From positions 26,910,001 through 26,974,000 of the forward strand of contig NC_058383.1 of NCBI RefSeq assembly GCF_018350175.1: 64,000 bases of DNA. The letters are read 5' to 3'. Both the position numbers and the translations under genes were made by a program. Origin of the DNA: Felis catus. Lineage: Eukaryota. Each line of letters opens with the position of its first letter. Within the stretch, counting starts at the first letter, position 1. The notes under the pieces were generated by a model that was given only the letters and a program-made list of their open reading frames with translations, did not search any database and was not told the DNA's origin. Shown in pieces: positions 48,435 to 60,481 of this stretch.

Positions 48435-49530
48435 GGGAGAAGGTATTTGCAAAGCATATCTGATAATGGGTTGATGTCCAAAGCGCATAAAGAATTCGTA
48501 CAACTTGATAGTAGACAAACAATAATCTGATTTAAAAATGGGCAAAAGACCTGAACTGCCATTTTTCCAAAGAAGACATACAAATGGCCAGAGAGTACAT
48601 GAAAAGGTGCCCAACATGACTCGTCATCGAGGTAATGCAAATCAAAACCACAATGAGGTATCACCTCACACCTGTCTGAATGGCTAGTATCAAAGAGATA
48701 AGAGCTAACAAGTGTTGGCGAGGATGTGGAGAAAAGGGCATCCTTGAGCACTGTTGGTGGGAACGTAAATTGGTGCAGCCACTCTGGAAAACTGGATGGA
48801 GGTTCCTCAAAAAATCCATAATAGAATGACCATATGATTCAGCACTCCCACTTCCTGGCGTATAGCTGAAGAAAATGAAATCACCATCTTGAGATTTTTG
48901 TACTTCCATGTCCATTGAAGCATTACTCACAGTAACCAAGACATGGAAGTAATCCAGTATCCGTTGACACATGGTGGATAAAGGAGATGTGGTACGTATG
49001 TACCATAGAACATTATTCGCCCGTTAAAAAAGAAGGACATCCTGCCTTTTGGGACAATATGGATGGACCTTGAAGGCATTATACTAAATGAAATAAGTCA
49101 GACAGAAAAAGACAAGTACTGTCTGATCTCACTTACATAGGGAATCTAAAAAAAAAACCTGAACCCATAGAAATAGAGAGTCGTTTAGTGGTTGCCAGGG
49201 GCTGGGATGTGGAGGAAATGGTAAGATGTGGTTCAAATGGTACCACCTTCCAGTTATAAGATGAATAAATTCTGGGGATCCGGCGTGTAGTGTGGTGATT
49301 ATAGTCAGCAGTACTGTAGTGTATACTTGGAAGTTGCTCTGAGAGTAGGTGTTAACTGTTCTCACCGTAACAATAACAACAATGGTAATTATGTGAGGTG
49401 CGGGATGTGTTAATTAAATTTATCATGGTAAAATTTTGCAATATATTTGTGTATCAAACTATCATGTTGTACACCTTAAACTTGCAGTGTTGTATGCCCA
49501 ATACATCTCAAAAAAAAAAACTGGAAAAAA
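48435..49530 (+). mobile_element. 5'-truncated L1 (L1MA/carnivore type): ORF2 end, 3' UTR and A tail
   Basis: aaatgggcaaaagacctgaac...aatgcaaatcaaaaccacaatgagg...catgttgtacaccttaaac. Confidence 0.93.
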
Positions 49531-49659
49531 ATTCTCATTTCATGGACCACCGTATATCATTAATAGTAATAAATATGAAAACGACAACAGAGATGACTTT
49601 TGGAACAGTCCCATACGTGGTAGTGAAAAAAGTAATATGTATTGGGGTTCTTTATGGTC

Positions 49660-49860
49660 TGGGTCCTGGCTAAAACATTTTAGGCCTTATCTCATTGAAT
49701 CCTTAGAATGATCCCATAGGTTAGATACAGTTATTCTCCCTATTTCCAAGATGGGAAAACTAAGGCCAAGAGAGGCTAAGTAATCTGCTCCAACAAAATC
49801 AGTAAAAGGCAGAGCTTGGACTCAACCCAGGCTTGCCTGGTTCCAGAACTCACGTTCAGA
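49660..49860 (-). mobile_element. MIR
   Basis: gatgggaaaactaaggccaagagaggctaagtaa...ggcagagc. Confidence 0.7.
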
Positions 49861-51689
49861 ATTGTTGCAAATGCACTAGATCCCTATCCATGTGCTTTTC
49901 TCTTATATTTTAAGAAACATGAGTCTGAAATTCTCATTATGGGCCAGTTCTGCTGTTCTATTGTACTCCTCCTTTTTATATGTAACCCTGGGAATATTTC
50001 TCTGTTGGTTTTCCCAGACTCTTTGGGCAAGCCATGTGAGCTTCTTTCTGTTCATAATCTCTTGGGAGAAGGGCTGATGTATTTGTAAAATTAGGAGCAA
50101 AACCCATCATTGTCTATGGAGAATACCTGCCCCAGTGCATGCTGGGTCGAGCATTTTATAATATTCAAACTTCAGTCACTGCAGTGCCTAAATGATAGCT
50201 TCCTCTGACCTATGGGGAAACCTTGCCTTTTTTGCCTGCTGCAAATATACATGGTAAAAAAAAATGGACAGAGGCCAAGAGGCGTATTATAATGTGAGAA
50301 GAGCCTTTTCTAGGACAGTAGAATACGGGTGATAATTTTAGAAATCATCAAATAGGATAAATGGGCGCCTTCCTTCTTTTCCTTACCCGTTTTCTTTTCA
50401 TCATGGGCTTAAGTCAGACTCCTGGCAAAGAACTCAACGTGACACAGGTTGAAAGAAACAGGTTGAAAGAAACAGAAACAAACACACAGTTCAAAAGAAT
50501 TGGAGAGGATTTAGTTGACTTCCACAGGTTAAATTTCTATCCAAAGATTAATTTGTTCGCACCACACTCAGATCTTTCCAGATTGCTGTTTACTTATGTA
50601 TGAGGAAAAAACACACTCAGCGAGGCTGAATCTTGCGATTAGTTAAATTACTCTGACATCCATTATTGAAAAACCTCGATTCCACCTGGAGTTGGGGTTT
50701 GTTTAGTGCGGTCTGATGATAACTTTCTGCTTGACTGATGGTTACTAATTCTGCTACTGGAATGTGAATGTCAGTCACAAATGAAAATAGACACACAAAC
50801 TCCAGGACCTATTAAGCTGGTTGCCATGATCGCACTCCCTAATGGGTGTGGATTCAAAATATAGGCTAAAGGGATTTAACTGCATTCTGGATGGGAAACA
50901 TTTATGCTTCCCGTTTGCTCTGTTTGGGGCATGTAAAAGAGAAAAGAGGAGGAAACGAACCGGAGGGGCCTCAGGGGGATCAAGAGAGTATCATGCCCGC
51001 TGCCAGATGCAGAGAACAGACCTAACATCTGTGAAAGGGAAGTAGAGCACTTAGGAACAAGGTGGTAGGAAATTAAAGCACTCAGAGACGGTTAAGCTGC
51101 TCAAAGACAGTGTGGGGAAACTGACTGTGTTTGCTTCCATCAGGAGACAAAGATGGAATCCACCAGCCTTCCTTCTCTCTCCTGTCTTTCAGCCCCTTGG
51201 CATTGATTTGATCTTAAGGCATGGAAGGAGGCCGCAGGAAGCGCAGCAACATTGTCATGCAGTGAAAATGAGCACTTAACATGTAAACAGTTCTCCTAAA
51301 TGCATGGGCTCCAGGCAAATGGGTTTGGAAGAATTTTACCCACTGTTGTCATGCGGTGGTTACCCGGTGGGGTATGTCTGGGACCAACAAGGCTAGGGGG
51401 TTGCTTTGTTTGTTTTTTATTTTATTTTTCAGATAAGCAAACGGAGGCTTCGCAGATCCCTGGGGTGGGGGTTTCTGGGCAAGTTTCAACTCCCTAAGCC
51501 TCCCAAGTGGGGATGAAGGTAAGGATACTGATGACATAGCACTTCCTATTAGGATTAAGTGGGACCATGTATGTAAAATGCACTGTTATTTAATGTTGAT
51601 TTACTGAACCTGTTCTCTGTCACGGATAATGTTCTAGGTGCTCATGTTGCTTTTTGCCCTGGGCTGACCAACGTAGCTGATAGTGACAG

Positions 51690-52112
51690 TGACTGACCTT
51701 TATCCAGTATCTACTGTGTGCCAAGGCCCTATGCTTATCTTTTACACACACACCTCATTCTATTAGACGGTAAACCTAAGAGGCAGGTACTATTTTTTAA
51801 AAAAAAATTATTTATTTATTTTTGAGAGAGAGAGAGCGACAGCTTGTGAGTTGGGGAAGGGCAGAGAGAGAGGGACACACAGAATCTGAAGCAGGCTCCA
51901 GGCTCCAGGCTCCGAGCTGTCAGCACGGAACCCGACACTGGGCTTGCACGCACGAGCCCTGAGGTGTCAGCTGCTCAACTGACTGAGCCACCCAGGCCAC
52001 CCGAGGCAGGTACTATTTTTATTCATCACGTCTGTAAGAGAACTGAGGTTTCAAGAGAGAAATCAAGTAACTTGCCAAGGTCACACATCTACTGGGTGGC
52101 TAAGTTGGGATT
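51690..52112 (-). mobile_element. MIR split by a SINE
   Basis: ctactgtgtgcca...aactgagg...aagtaacttgccaaggtcacac. Confidence 0.7.
51798..52002 (-). mobile_element. Can-SINE (internal deletion)
   Basis: 18-bp TSD gaggcaggtactattttt. Confidence 0.92.
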
Positions 52113-52440
52113 CATTCACTTGTTTCCTTCGACAGCTACTTCTTGAACACCTACTATTGTGCCAGAGGCATGGAATGCAACGGGAACAAACAGGACAGCC
52201 TCTCTGCCCTGGTGGTGCTTCTGTTCCAGACGGGGGCAGACAGGCACCAGCACAACAATGATTTAATCCTGACTGTGATAATGTTCAGGAAGGAGCTGTG
52301 TGAGGGCCGTGTGAAGGTGGGGTCAGACCTGATGTGAGGCTCCGGTTTAGACTGAGGTCTACAGGACAAGTAGGAATCGGAGCGAAAAGGCAGGCTGAAG
52401 GTTCCAGGCTGGAGGCCATGTTCATGGTATCCTTGAGCCA
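52110..52440 (-). mobile_element. L2 3' fragment
   Basis: ttcattcac...ttgaacacctactattgtgccag...ctctgccct. Confidence 0.6.
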
Positions 52441-52663
52441 CACACTTGCCCCTCCAGCCTGTTCACAACCGCCGTGGTGCTGGCTACAAGTGCCACGGTC
52501 AGCGACTGCCTTTCTGAGCTTCGCCAGCTCGGCTGACAGCCGGGAGCCCTGACAGATGCCTTTTCTCTCTAAAAGGGATTTTGACATCAGTTCCTAGAAT
52601 GAATCTTTTTTTCCTGACTGAAGGCTTGTGATTGGCCCTTGGCAAATTGCAAGACCTAAAGGC

Positions 52664-52665
<2 letters not shown>

Positions 52666-52710
<45 letters not shown>
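52666..52710. repeat. (TG)22 microsatellite
   Basis: Read directly. Confidence 0.97.
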
Positions 52711-52711
<1 letters not shown>

Positions 52712-53014
52712 GTAGCTGTAAAAATGCCATCTTCAATTATATCTCTTGACCACCCCAATTCTCAGCCCTTTTTCGACAGGCAGGAAGTGAGGATGGTTTC
52801 TTTGACTGATAGAAAGAGAAACAGGTGAACTCCTGAATGATCCCCCCCCCTCCCGTCTTAACCACACACAGAGAAATCCACTCAGCATCAGGGCTGAGGA
52901 ACCCCCACTTGTCAAACGTGACTAGGAGAATAACGGTGCCATCTTCATGGTTTTCTTTTGGGGAGGAGAAAGACAAGCGGCATTCTCAGACCCGGAGGAC
53001 TTTGAATAAAAAGT

Positions 53015-53218
53015 GGGCACCTGGGTGGCTCAGTTGATTAAGCGTCTGCCTCCGGCTCAGGTCCTGATCTCCCAGTTCATGGGTTTGAGCCCCAGTAGGG
53101 TTCTCTACCATAGGCGCAGGGCCCACTTCGGATCCTCTGTCCCCACCCCGTCCCCCACCATCCCTCCCCCGCTCACACTCTCTTTCTCAAAAATGAATAA
53201 ATAAACCTTAAAAAAAAA
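53015..53218 (+). mobile_element. Can-SINE
   Basis: tgggcacct repeated on both flanks. Confidence 0.9.
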
Positions 53219-53289
53219 TGGGCACCTAATAAAGTTGCGTTGAATGACTGCCTGCCTGAATGAAAAATCTATGAGAAAGCACCAACCTC

Positions 53290-53430
53290 CAGTGTTTCCC
53301 AGACATTGGAATCACCCAGAAAGCGTGTTAAAACCCAGATTTTAGGGCCCCACTCGCAGTGACTCAGTAGCTCTCGGTTGGTGCCTGAGGACTTGGGTTT
53401 CTAGGTATTTCCCAGGTGATGGTGACAATC
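53290..53430. mobile_element. MER5A remnant
   Basis: cagtgtttccc...ttggaatcaccc...gggccccac...cccaggtgat. Confidence 0.65.
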
Positions 53431-53484
53431 CCTCTAAACCAGAGGGGCTTAGAATAAGAGCTCTGGGTTCAAGCCACTTGAGTT

Positions 53485-53620
53485 TAGGGTTGCCTGATTA
53501 AAAAACAAAACAAAACAAAACACAACAAACAGGACACTCAATTACATCTGAATTTCATACAAACACAAGTAACTTTAATCTATGGCAATGTCCCATGCAA
53601 GAGGCATCCTGTGTTTTCAG
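53485..53620 (+). mobile_element. MER53, internally deleted
   Basis: tagggttgcc...acaggacactcaattacatctgaatttca...atgtcccatgcaa, then jumps to ggcatcctgtgtttt. Confidence 0.7.
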
Positions 53621-53665
53621 ACGCATGCCTACTGGGTTGAACTCCCAGCATTGCTACTCTGGAGC

Positions 53666-54167
53666 TGTTAACCATAGTCGGGTTCTTGGGCCTGACAATG
53701 ATTGAAATGAAGCCAGCCAGACCCCAAAATCAAAAGTACAGACACGGTATTACTGGTGCTACAGCTCGAGCTGGAAGAAGATGCCGCACCAACAAAACGG
53801 ATAGCCTGGCCTTCTAGAACCAGACGGAGGCCCCGCTCAAACACAGAAAGTTCCAGCTCAGGATCCCACTCCCCCGCCAGTATGCTAAAAGAAAAAAAAA
53901 GTCTCCATCTGATTGGTTGGAAGAGCCTTGTCATGATTGGTTGGAAGGGGCTCATTCTGATTGGTCGGTATTAGCAGACAACTCAGGCAGCTCATTGGTG
54001 CCTTTTGGAGCCGAGGTCCTGTGTGGCTTGTCTCAGTGGTCATCTCCTGGCCGCAACCTCCTTCCACTCTGTAAGGGAAGCGGTTTAACAACACCAACAG
54101 AAATGTTCCAGGTGCACAGCACAATGTCTTTCACCTGGGGCTTGTTCCCATGGTCCCTCACTGTCTC
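53666..54167 (-). mobile_element. ERV1-class solo LTR inserted in a MIR
   Basis: TG...CA ends; perfect 4-bp TSD gagc (53662-53665, 54168-54171); three CCAAT boxes; MIR resumes after it. Confidence 0.82.
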
Positions 54168-54171
54168 AGAG

Positions 54172-54352
54172 CCATGTTATTTAAGGCAAGTCATTTAACC
54201 TCTTTGCGTGCCAGCTTCTCCATCTACAGAATGGGAATGGTAATAATGCCACCTGTCTCCTAAAATGCTTAACACAATGAAGAGATCACGTGAAGGACCT
54301 GCCACAGAACCTTGCTTGTAGCAAGCCCTCAGTAAATGTCAGCGGTTATTAT
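54172..54352 (+). mobile_element. MIR (3' part)
   Basis: ggcaagtcatttaacctct...ctccatctacagaatgggaat...ctcagtaaatgtcag. Confidence 0.78.
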
Positions 54353-55086
54353 TCAGCATTAACTTAAGGTGAGTAACTTTTTGGAGAAAAAACACACTAA
54401 GCAATTTAGTTTAGGAAATAGTTCTCTTCTTAGAAAAGGTCCTTTTTGCCGCCTCCCTCCGATTTCTTTCGTAGTCGATTATAAAAAAAATAAATAGGCT
54501 GGTTACACCCAAAAGCTCTCCGTCCAACGACGCCTATCCTGTCTCGGGGCCGGATTTGGCTGTCCTCTTCGATGTTGTGCCTGGGTGTTAAATTTCTGAG
54601 AGCCCGCACAGGCGGATCTCCAGGGTTGGGGCTAATGCCTGCCGCGGGGAAATAGACCAGCCCCTCTCAGCGTGCCACTTGCCATGTAGAGTGGAGAGAG
54701 ACAGAAAGAATATGCTGTTTATGTTGAATCCGTTTGAATGTGTCTTGATCCCGTGGAATTCAACATCTGTCCATCTGGTTAAAAACAACTTAGTATCACC
54801 AAATTGCAAATTTGGGAGGGGTCTTAGCTATTCCCTATTCTGGTGATTTCCAAATTCTTTTGACCGTGTCCCATGTGCCGCTGCACATGTAAATGTGTGT
54901 AGGTTGATAATCATATAGAAATTTAGGAAAAAGTTGGTGTCTCGATTTGCCCTGTACTGCATGGAATCTTGGTCCGAGGGACGAGTGGTGAGGATCAGCC
55001 TGAAACACTGATTGCTACCCTGATGGACATGGGGCTAAAAGGTCTGGACATTTCTTTGGCCCTTGGTAAAATGAAGTTGACTAGGT

Positions 55087-55223
55087 CAGTATTTTTCAAC
55101 CTGTAGGTTGTGACCTCTAAGTGGATCACGACATCAGTTAAAGAGGCCTTTTACCAGTATTTTTTTTTTTTCAACGTTTATTTATTTTTGGGACAGAGAG
55201 AGACAGAGCATGAACGGGGGAGG

Positions 55224-55258
<35 letters not shown>

Positions 55259-55545
55259 AGAATCGGAAACAGGCTCCAGGCTCTGAGCCATCAGCCCAGA
55301 GCCTGACGCGGGGCTCGAACTCACGGACCGCGAGATCGTGACCTGGCTGAAGTCGGACGCTTAACTGACTGCGCCACCCAGGCGCCCCTCAGTATTTTTT
55401 TTAAAAAAGAAATAGAATACAAAACAACAGAATTGATGATATCAGCATGTATTACATGGACACAGTAGGGGTAAGTATTGTTTTGTGACACTTTTGATAC
55501 ATATGTATATTGTCCAATGACAAAACTAGAATTAGTCATGAGTTT
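55087..55545 (+). mobile_element. hAT-Charlie-like MITE split by a SINE
   Basis: cagtatttttcaacctgtaggttgtgacc...agtaggggtaagtattgtttt. Confidence 0.55.
55161..55388 (-). mobile_element. Young felid SINE (SINEC_Fc type)
   Basis: Diagnostic positions intact, CpGs retained; TSD cagtatttttttt. Confidence 0.96.
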
Positions 55546-56017
55546 GGAGTCCTTTGTTTGAGGGAAAACGTGCCATGGATTGGGGAAGTACAGTGTCTCC
55601 CAGCAGTGGAGCCCTGTTCCTAGGCAAGAGCAAGTTGTGTAGAGCATTAAAAGTGACAGAAACAGGGCCTAATTGGCCAGGAGGCCAGGGATTTTTTTGT
55701 AAGCCCAGCAGGTCGTTTCCAGGGTAAGGTGAGCTAGCTAAAGCTGAGATGGAAGGCTATGAGTGGTGTATGTTAGGGTTCCTAGACAGTGAGCTTGGGC
55801 TTAGGTTTAAGTTTGTGATGTGGGCCAGGCTGCTAGGGCAGCCTCCGTCTTGTGGTTCCAAAAGATAGAATCTCCTTTATCAGTAGGCATGATACGTTGA
55901 AATCTACATCCATTTGCATGTGTAATGGGTCATGGAACGTGGTCAAAAGAATTTGGAAGTCGTCAGAATAGTTAGTATCTAAGATCTCGTCCAACTTTGC
56001 AGTTGGAGTTGCTAGGA

Positions 56018-56237
56018 CAGTGGTTTTGAACCAGGGGCAGTTCTGTGCTCCCGGGGAGATTGGGCAATGTTGAGACATTTTTGATTGTCACAACTTTTGG
56101 AGGAAGAGTGTGTGCTATTGACATCTTGTACAGCGAGGCCAGGGATGCCGCTAAATATCCTACAATGCCCAGGGCAGCTCCCACAACAGGGAATTACCTG
56201 CCCCAAATGTCCTTGGTGTGGAGGTTGAGAAATCCTG
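56018..56237 (+). mobile_element. MER20 (hAT-Charlie)
   Basis: cagtggtt...gaggccagggatgccgctaaatatcctacaatgc...gaggttgagaaatcctg. Confidence 0.92.
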
Positions 56238-56364
56238 TTCTGAGAGTATATGTGGATAGAACCAGTTACCAATGGTAGTGTTATTACTGTTTGCTAGCAT
56301 TTATTGAGCACTGCCTGTATGCAGGCGCTCTTCTAAGTGCTAACATTAGTGAGCTCTTTTATTA

Positions 56365-56587
56365 TTTCTTAATTAAAAATTTCTTTCTTTTTTTTTTTCT
56401 TTTGAGAGAGTAAGAGAGAGAGTGCAAGCAGGGGAGGGGCAGAGAGAGGGAGACACAGAATCTGAAGCAGGCTCCAGGCACTGAGCTGTCAGCACAGAGC
56501 CCAATGCAGGGATCGAACCCAGGAACCTTGAGATCATGACCTGAGCCAAAGTCGGATGCTTAACCGACTGAGCCACCCAGGTGCCCC
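56365..56587 (-). mobile_element. Can-SINE inside a MIR
   Basis: tagtgagctctttt/tagttagctctttt flanks. Confidence 0.93.
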
Positions 56588-56676
56588 TAGTTAGCTCTTT
56601 TAATACAGGTTAGCTCTTTTAATGCACCTCTTTTAACACAGGTGTTATAATATTATTATCATGAAGTAATGTTCTT

Positions 56677-56779
56677 GGGGCTCCTAGGTGGCTCATTTGG
56701 TTTGCATATGAGTCTTGATTTCTGCTCAGGTCATGATCTCACAGTTGTGAGATTGAACCCCACACAGAGCCTGCTTGAG

Positions 56780-56852
<73 letters not shown>

Positions 56853-56875
56853 ACTCTCTTTCTCTCTCTCTCAAA
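56677..56875 (+). mobile_element. Can-SINE with long (CT)n
   Basis: Head ggggctcctaggtggctca; (CT)n 56782-56872. Confidence 0.85.
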
Positions 56876-56999
56876 TGTCCCCATTTACAGGTGTGGAAAT
56901 GGAACAGCAAGATTAAGGGCTGCCTGAAGTTACACTTTTTGTAGAACTGGGATTCAAAACCAGGAATTCTGGTCTCATATTCCTCTCTTCTTTACTTAG

Positions 57000-57195
57000 A
57001 CAAAATGCAAATTAAAATCAGAAATGAGTTACCACTGCATACCTATTAGAAATACTAAAATTAAAAAGACTGACCATACCAAGGTCAGGAACCTTGGCAA
57101 GGATGAGGAACTAGAACATGCATAAACTATTGGTGGGTTGTAAAATGGTACAGCCCCTTTGGAAAACAGTTGGCAGTTTCCTAAAAAGTATATAC
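57000..57195 (+). mobile_element. Old L1M ORF2 3' fragment
   Basis: aaatgcaaattaaaa...aaaagactgaccatacc...gtaaaatggtacagcc. Confidence 0.75.
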
Positions 57196-57674
57196 TGTAG
57201 CAGGCAGCTTAATGACCCCCCAGAGACATCCATGTGCTAATCCCTGGAACCTGTGAATATGTTACCTTACACAGGTAAAGGGACTTTGGAGATCTGATTA
57301 AATTCAGGGTCTTGAGATGGGGGAAGTTTTCCTGAATAGTCTAGGTGGCCCAATGTAACTATAAGGGTCCCAACAAAAGGGAGACAGGAGGGTCAGAGAG
57401 AGAGATTTAAAGGTGCCACACTGCTGGTTTTGAAGAGGGAGAAGGGACCATACCATGAATCAAGGAATGTATTTGACTTCTAGAAGCTGGAAAAAGATAA
57501 GAGAATGATGCTTTCCAGGGCCTCCAGAAGGAGTGCAAGCTTGCCAACATTTTCATTTGAGCCCAGTAAAACACATTTTGGACCTCTGCCCTCTAGAACT
57601 GTAAGAGAATAACTTTTGGTTGTTCTAAGCCACTACATTTGTGGTAGTTACAGCAGCATTAGCAAACTGATTCA
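57196..57674 (+). mobile_element. MaLR solo LTR (MLT1D-like)
   Basis: ctaatccctggaacctgtgaatatgttacctta...ctagaagctggaaaag...agaactgtaagagaataa. Confidence 0.9.
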
Positions 57675-58989
57675 TACTCCTACATCAGATCCAGTCACTC
57701 TCTTTCCAGTTATTTGCCCAAGAGAAGAGAAAACATGTATAGTGGTACATACAATGTCCTTAAGTCTTTTAAAATCTGTAAAAGTGGCCTCTCCGTCTTT
57801 GATTTCTGCCATTTATAACAAACATCTATCCAGTCCCTACCATACTCTGGATCCTGTTCTTTAGAGATAACAGTAAATAACATGTATCTTTCTTTGTGGG
57901 GGTATTTGAAAGGTGCTCCCAGGTCCCAGAGATTTGTCACTGGGTTTTAGTTTAAATGAGTTCTGTTCTTCCATCCAGTGTTCATTTGATTGCGTGAAAG
58001 TCCCTTATGTGGGTCTGTGGTACTGTGAACTGTGCTCAGAAACCCAGGGTCTGCTCAGGATAGTTCACAGTAGTATGTATAGTAAACATCTGTTTTGTTG
58101 TTTTTTTGCCTTCCTAGGATCCTTTGTCTTCTTTGGGCAAAGACACCCTGATTTTCATTTGGGACATCATTTCCCCTCACTTTCTGAATCACGTGGTTTT
58201 GCCATGGCTGTGACTGACCTCACTCCACAGGGAGTGGCCACAGGGCAACCACAAGTCCTAGGCTTGACTCATCAGAGAACTCCACTGTCCTGGGTTTCCA
58301 GGTGAACACAAAATCTAAGTAAAGGGAATTAGATTATCTTCAAGGATGTTAACTCATGCTGGGGGAACCAGTTGGGTGGGAGTTATTCTTAAGGGACGTG
58401 GATATTGCATTTCTCATTTGGGGCCATTTTTGGAGACAGTTGGAAAAAGTCTGGCAATGTAATGACTCTGTTCATCCATTTGGTCCATGCATAGCTACTG
58501 GCAATAAATTGGGATTGGTTTCCAGCTCTCTCTAGGTCTCCTGCTTAGTTATCCAAGCTCTTGGATCTGACCCTGCTTTACCTATCCAACTACTTTTATT
58601 TCTTATATTTCCTGTAAATGGAGATCTCTCTGCCTCACCAAAACCAGACCACTGTTCAAACATGCTCAGATTTTCCTTCTCCACCAAGAGTTCGCTGACT
58701 CCTTCCACCTCCAGGGGCTTCTTCATCCTCTTAGGTAGCACCTTAAGATGAAATCTCACAAACCCCGATTTCTGTTTCTTACATGAGGTCGAGTGTACCT
58801 CTTATTATACAAAGATCCTGGCAGCCCTTTGATAAGTATTTTCTGTTTACTGAAGGGTCGAGATAGATAAGGTCCCTTTCTTCATGGAGGTTGCAATATA
58901 GTGTCTGGGAAGAGATAAGAAGCAAAGAAATAAGACGTTATGGAATGATGAAAACCAAACAAGATTATGGGCAAATGAGTGGGATATTG

Positions 58990-59577
58990 TGCTTTATGAT
59001 GAGAAATGTGTGTTTGGTCTTGTCCTGTTTCTGGTGCAGAGTTCCTGAAACTCTGGGAGTTTCCTGAGGGCAGCAGAGATGTCTTCTGTTATTTTAATGA
59101 GGGGACCTGGGGAGTATGGCGCACCCTGAGAAGAAGGGAAGCTCTGTGCCCGATACCTCACCCTTTGTATCTCTTCTTCTGGCTATTGATTCGTATCCTT
59201 TAATACTCTTTGTAATAAACCAGTAATGTGGGGAGTGTACAGGTTTCTTGAGTTCTATGAGCCAATCTAGCAAATTAATGGAACCCTGTGAAGGGGTCAT
59301 GGGGACCTCTGATTTATAGACAGTAGGTTAGAAGAAGAGGTAACAACCTGGGTTTGTGACTGGCTTCTGATGTGTGGGGTGGGGGCAATCTTGTGTGACC
59401 GAATCCTTAACCTATGAGATCTAATGCTGTCTCCAGGTCGATAGTGTTAGAATTCAGTTGAATTCTAGAACACCAAGCTGGTGTGAGAGCATTGTTGGAT
59501 GATGTCGTGGAAACCCCCATTCCTCTCCCCCCATTCTGGGTTCAGAACCCCTAAGAATGACCAACAGGAGATGACAC
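58990..59577 (+). mobile_element. MER21-family LTR
   Basis: gtaataaaccagtaa...ttgagttctatgagcc...ctagcaaattaat...tccaggtcgatagtgttagaatt. Confidence 0.8.
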
Positions 59578-59639
59578 TGATTAGGTAGCAAAGGAGGCTT
59601 CTTTGGAAGGGGGGCATTTGAGTGGACATTTGGCTAATG

Positions 59640-60073
59640 GGTTGATTAGCTTCTTTCTTCCCCTTGCATGTTGGCTGGCCTTAACAACTTACTTCAATAA
59701 ACAGAATATGGCAGAAATGGCGGGATGCTATAAAATGACTGTGGCTTCTCTCTTGGTTTCTCTGTTTCTTTCTCTTGGGTCACTTACTCCAGGTGATGAA
59801 ACATCTCTACATAGAGACCCACATGGTAAGGACTTAGGGCTGTGGCCTGCAGAAATCCACCTGAGTAACCTTGGTCAGGCATCCCCCCACAACTTGTCTT
59901 CAGGTGACACTGCAGCCCTAACAGCTTAAATGCTGTGGCATGAGCCACCTTGAGCCAGAGGCAACCAGCCAAGGTATACCTAAGTTCCTGAGCAATGGAA
60001 ACTGTGAGGCAATAAATACTTACTGTTTGAAGTACTATGTTTTAGGTAATTTCTTAGGCAGCAGCTGATAACA
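59640..60073 (+). mobile_element. MaLR LTR (MLT1F/G-like)
   Basis: aacagaatatggcagaa...ttcaggtgacactgcagccc...gaaactgtgaggcaataaat. Confidence 0.75.
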
Positions 60074-60280
60074 AAGTGGCATGATCATCTGTGGCTCAGT
60101 ATGAATTTGCCTTCCTCTACTGATGAGTGGGGCAGATACCCTTGTATCTAGGCAAATATTATTCATTAGACTAAAGAGGCATCCTAAGGTTTTCACGCTG
60201 GATAGTAATTGTCTTTTCAGGAGATTGTTTATATTACTAGAATGTAAGCTCTATAAGGAAATTCGAATGTTTTATTTCTT

Positions 60281-60481
60281 TTTTTAAGAATTTATTTGAG
60301 AGACAGGACAAGTGAGTGGGGGAGAGGGGCAGAGAGAGAGAGCGAGAGCGAGATAGCATCCTAAGCTGACTCTGCATTCAGCAGAATTCGATAAGGGGCT
60401 TGATCCCACGACCCTGAGATCATGACCTGAGCCAAACTCGAGAGTCAGACGCTTTACTGACTGAGCCACCCAGGCGTCCCC
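60281..60481 (-). mobile_element. Can-SINE
   Basis: TSD gttttatttcttt. Confidence 0.92.
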
